A stretch of 63,568 bases of DNA, the filler included, from Craspedostauros australis (lineage: Eukaryota), in NCBI GenBank assembly GCA_030167865.1. It is 9 parts of 9 records of this genome, joined end to end, with 100 filler letters (N's around TTAATTAATTAA, not from the genome) between each part and the next. Parts side by side here need not be neighbours in the genome. Positions count along the whole stretch, not along the records: positions 58,657 to 59,984 come from JALAGF010003326.1; positions 60,085 to 62,377 come from JALAGF010003327.1; positions 62,478 to 63,568 come from JALAGF010003378.1; 6 more parts are not named here. One strand, written 5' to 3'. Under the pieces are notes generated by a model. It was not told the DNA's origin, made no database searches, and saw only the letters and a program-made list of their open reading frames with translations. The translations under genes and the position numbers were made by a program. Shown piece after piece: positions 59,190 through 63,568 of the stretch. Positions within the stretch are counted from its first letter, which is position 1. Each line of letters begins with the position of its first letter.

Positions 59190-59984
59190 TCACTTCTCTT
59201 CTTCAGCAGCGCTGTCCATTTCAATCACTTTGAATGATTTGGTACACATACAACACACGAAGTCCACCAATGTCGCCCGATCCATGTATGAATCCACTTG
59301 TGCTGTACTCTCATCCTGATCCGTAACCTTGTACAGCTCCATCATGGACATACAGCTGTACTCATCATCAACTCCATCACTCTCTGCTCCCCCACTGCGG
59401 AGGACATCGATGTCTTCTATCAGTTGATGCTGTAGAATTAGCTTGCTGAAATCTGGATGAGCGAACATATCTTTCTCACTTTCAGCTGCCATCCTCATTG
59501 CTGCATCCTTCAACACCACACAGTTGTGTTGATCGGCGAATATCAACACATCTATCATGGTGTCCTCTGTGAGATGCTTGCAGGCCAACTCCACTTCAAG
59601 AACAAGCTTGAGTCGCCAGAAGCCGAACTCGTTGGCCACAAGGATCAGCTGTTGCAGATCATGCTGTCCAGTGAGGATGGGAGTTGGCTGGCTTGCGTCA
59701 TCGTCGCCAGCGTTGTCACGAGCGCTGTCATCAAAGGATATCTCACCTCTGTAGATACATTGGAGGACGTATCGGACGTGTTTTGGTTGAAGGTTGGGAA
59801 GAGGGATGGTTACTTGCATGGGGGGCGCGCCGTCTTCGGTGCCATCATTCGCGTGCTGATGTTGGATCCCTTTGTTGATCAGTGTCTCAATGGTTGGGAC
59901 GGTCATCATGAGGACTTCGGAGTTTGCTTTGATTGGTTGCTACTCGTCGCCCTGTCCACACAAGAAGATGGTGTCTGTCCTGTT
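59190..59984 (-). CDS. BTB/POZ (SPOP-like) domain protein, 5'-partial
   Basis: HVRYVLQCIYRGEI, LILVANEFGFWRLKLVLE, DVLIFADQHNCVVLKDAAM. Confidence 0.78.
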
Positions 59985-60084
59985 NNNNNNNNNNNNNNNN
60001 NNNNNNNNNNNNNNNNNNNNNNNNNNNNTTAATTAATTAANNNNNNNNNNNNNNNNNNNNNNNNNNNNNNNNNNNNNNNNNNNN

Positions 60085-61098
60085 ACACAAAGCAAGATCA
60101 CTTACGCTGTTGTATTTGCGATTCTTGTACGGCCCTCTCCAAGCACCCCTCCCACGACCGTAGGAGGTGTGTTGCGTGCGGCTGTCTGCACGTTGCTTTG
60201 CCCGGATTGCCTCGATTTGTGACAATCGTCGTGCATTGGCAATCAGCACGCTGTTCAAATCACGCGCTGGTGGCTTTTTGCTGGCAAGCGACGTGCCTTC
60301 TCCACCGTGCTGGCTGACTTGCGCTGATCCTCCGCCAGTGCCAGCGATGGACGAAGAAAGCGTACTGCTGCTCGCCATACTGGAGACTCGGCTGTGTGTC
60401 TCCGATTCATGAGATTTCAACACATCGTCTGCGTCGCCATGCCACGTTATGCTTCCCTTCTGAGCGTAGGGGTTGCGGGTAATCGTGGTGTTGGTGGAGG
60501 CAGAACTCTGCGTTACCTGGCGCTGATCGTTCGGGAATGCACCATCATCCTTCATCAGACCAATCCGGCTGTCCCGCATTCCCAAATCGGCCGTCGCGCC
60601 TTGGTGTTTCTTGGCACACCGCTTCATGTGAGCAACACGGTGCTTGATCTGCAGCAGCGACTTGCCACATATGAAGCAGATGCTGTCGTCGCGGTGTGAG
60701 TCGTAGTCGGTGCTGCTGCCGCCATTGGCAGTTGCAGTCTTCGTGATGGTCACGGTGTGGAAATCAACTGGAGTCGTCTGTATGGGTGGAGTGCGTGTGT
60801 GTGCATTGACATTGGCAGGTCCGGCTTTGGAAAGCACTGAATCTGTTGTCCCATCTGCAGTTGTCCCATCTGCAGCATCATCCAACCGTCCATCTTTGTT
60901 GTTGCTGTCTTCCGCGTCGAAGCTGCCTTGTGTGCAATGAATGTCATCGCCGCCCTCGCTGCCGCAGCAAATCACGCTGGCATCATTGCTTCCCTCGCTT
61001 GCATCATCGGCACTAGCAGCATGAACGTGAGCAGTGCCACCCCCATCCACGGCGCTCGCAGGAAGCTTGGCACTTGCATCCTGCCTGTCAAACTGCAC
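60085..61098 (-). CDS. Partial protein with a UBZ-like zinc finger, possibly the N-terminus of an SNM1A/DCLRE1A-like DNA cross-link repair protein
   Basis: CFICGKSL....RVAHMKRC inside low-complexity sequence. A GTAAGT donor near 60104 precedes the contig break. No catalytic domain is visible. Confidence 0.45.
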
Positions 61099-62167
61099 AA
61101 GTAACCACGGTAGAAGTATTGGCCCGTTGTTGCATGCCCTGGTCGGAGCTCTTGTCTTTTATTGTGAGTCGCCCAAGGACGATCTCCGACCAGTATTTTG
61201 GATTAATACGATTTGCAAAAAGGTGAGCAGTACAGTGAAAGCTGTCAATGATGATCAACTGGCTGATGGTAGTGGGATGGTGTGCGCACTGCTCCAATCA
61301 CTCCTTGTCTTGATCTTTGTCCATGTGAGTGGCGACTGACGATGAGATGTTCTGTGCATGCATGGGTACGATCATAGTACTCACATGGTGACGCACCAAG
61401 AACGAAAGGGAGGAGCGGCTTGAAGTCTGCTTCTTGTCGTGTTGTTGTGCTGTTTGACGCTCGCATCGTGCCGATCGCATCGTGGTGGCAGGAAGGAGTC
61501 TTGGATACGTTTGTTGTGGATTGAAACACGAGTGGTGTCATCCTCATCACCAACACAAAACACGAGACACGCCTTTGGTGTCCACCGAAGAATTCATCGT
61601 GGTGGATTCTCCACATCGTGGATCAGCTCATCGGAGTCGTTCGATAACATCCAACTCCCGAAGAACTGTATCGATTGGAGCAGTATCGTGGTTGATTCCC
61701 CCAAGACCATCACAGAGGGATGTACTCATGTGACACAAACTATGGTATCACATGAAGAGGCACAACTGCGCAGCGTGGCCAAGTTGGGCATCATCGAAGG
61801 TCGTATCGTGCAAGCGAGCGAGCGAACGAGCTAGTCAGCTTCGGATCATGATGGGCTGTCCACGGTCGTATCATACCATACTACTACCACACTACACCAC
61901 ACCATACCATACCATACACCGTGGTGGAACTGCGCAAGTCCATCCAGGCGTGTTCACTGATGGCACGTTGCTTCGTGATCAATGCACAGGATCATGAGAT
62001 GGAGGACAGCAAACTTGAGCAGATGAGCTCACAATCGCCATCCAAGCGCAACTGATTTGGGACCACATACTCTACCAGCTCTACTCGTACGATTGTACCA
62101 CCAACGACCACCAACAGGGACGACCACCAACAGCGACAACAGCGACAACAGTGACAACAAGAAAAGG

Positions 62168-62377
62168 ATGAACCACAACATGGATGCTGTTGCCAACACC
62201 AATACCAACAGCCATCATGATCCAGACTTCAAGACTTTCTGGAAACAGCTCCATGGAAAAGAGCTGTCATCGAAGACTGTGTTCAATGTGCAGAGTCATC
62301 CAAGACGGCAGATCGACTGCTACAGTGTCACACCCAAGCAGATGAAACACTGGGACATGGCCATCGAAGCAGGATTC
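62168..62377 (+). CDS. Hypothetical protein, 3'-partial
   Basis: ATG follows an ACA-rich leader typical of the 5' UTRs in this window; the ORF runs into the contig edge. Confidence 0.35.
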
Positions 62378-63568
62378 NNNNNNNNNNNNNNNNNNNNNNN
62401 NNNNNNNNNNNNNNNNNNNNNTTAATTAATTAANNNNNNNNNNNNNNNNNNNNNNNNNNNNNNNNNNNNNNNNNNNNGCTGTTCGCATCCTCGATTCGCT
62501 GAGAATAGTCTACAGTGGTCTAGAGAGTCCACTCTCATCTGCGGTCTACGACCTGCGAAAGAGACGGACTTCTTCTTGCAAGACCCTGAGCAAGGACTGA
62601 CACAAGATCTTCCTCCTTTCTCCGTTCATGGAACCAATCGACGCACCATCACCGCACCATCACCGCATGGATCTCGAAGGCACTGAAGTCCTACTACTAA
62701 TATATAGAATAGTAGGTACTTCCAATTCAGGTTTCGCACGACTTGTGTTCCATCAAGCTCTGCATGCATGTGTTGGGTATCATCATCAGCAGCAATGTCC
62801 ATCCTCCTCCTTCGCGGAAAGGCTGCGAGTATTTTAATATTATCGATTCTACTATACTTGTCAAGTGCAATCCTGTGAGCTACACAAGCAACGTCCCTCT
62901 CCCCACAACATTCTTGCGTCATCTGATGCCTTGATTCCCATGAACATTCTACCACTTCCTGGTTCTGTTCCGAACGGTCTTGTTTCTGCTTCGGTTTCCC
63001 TCTCACGTCAGCACTTCCGATTGGTCGTCCTCCTCGACCATAGCCTCGACCATAGCCTCGTACGGATAGCTGCGCTACTCGCGGATCCCTCCGTTGCTGA
63101 ATCGCCGCGATTGTTGTCTGCTCGTAGTTCGTACCATCGTCATCACCGCCACAGTGCGCGTGCGTTCATGTTCTTCTGGTCGCCCTCACGCCTAGGCATC
63201 CATCTGGCTGGAACTCATCTCGTTTGGCTTCGCTCCTTTCATACAATGTTTGCCTTGTGAGGTTCCAGCAAACAGCCTTCGCGCGATTGTTGGCCACCAA
63301 AGAACAACAAATTTGTCTGTGGCATTTTATCAACCAGACGCAAGTGACATGTTACAAGTGACGGACAACGAGTGTCATGTCGGTTGCAGGGTGTGGGACA
63401 TGTCACTCTCGATACTGTCTTAAGTGTAGAGTACCCGAGAGCGACAGAACAGCGCCGAATTCGGTGATGTCCACGATCTGCAAGGGCGCCGCTTCTCACC
63501 TCAAGTGAACTTGGTTGTTTGGCACAGGCAACATTCTTCACCTCACCACGCACGCTCTGGCCGCGAAG

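Noticed and set aside
22360..62477. Regularly recurring TTAATTAATTAA flanked by Ns, superficially like a repeat array
   Set aside because: Artificial six-frame-stop contig spacer, not biological and not CRISPR
62478..63568. Short ORFs in the last contig
   Set aside because: No supportable product or structure

Overview
Eukaryotic, intron-containing genomic DNA, most likely from a diatom: it has ASAFAP-type bipartite plastid presequences, frustulin ACR domains, secreted tandem-SET proteins and a mitochondrial OTC. The window is nine contigs joined by eight artificial 100-nt N-TTAATTAATTAA-N linkers, so adjacency across linkers is not biological evidence. Contig 1 holds a STAND/AAA ATPase, then two paralogous signal-peptide tandem-SET methyltransferases flanking a spliced M11 metalloprotease fused to frustulin ACR domains and Pro/Ser/Thr stalks, then cytochrome b5 and P5C reductase. 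The SET/protease/SET trio is a candidate cell-wall-protein maturation locus and the most interesting signal. Other contigs carry a large mucin-like Cys-repeat protein, ferredoxin-nitrite reductase (present twice as a seemingly identical inverted overlap, probably an assembly overlap), a twin-CX9C protein visible only after splicing, RPS18 with an intron-split start codon, METTL18, a 76-aa plastid protein, a DUF985 cupin, a Nudix hydrolase and OTC. They also carry a CobW/COG0523 chaperone abutting a probable LINE 3' end, a GPI-type Cys-rich protein, a subtilisin, an MDR oxidoreductase, and partial BTB and UBZ-finger genes. Exon boundaries were read by eye from GT/AG sites and reading-frame continuity. 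No database searches were run.
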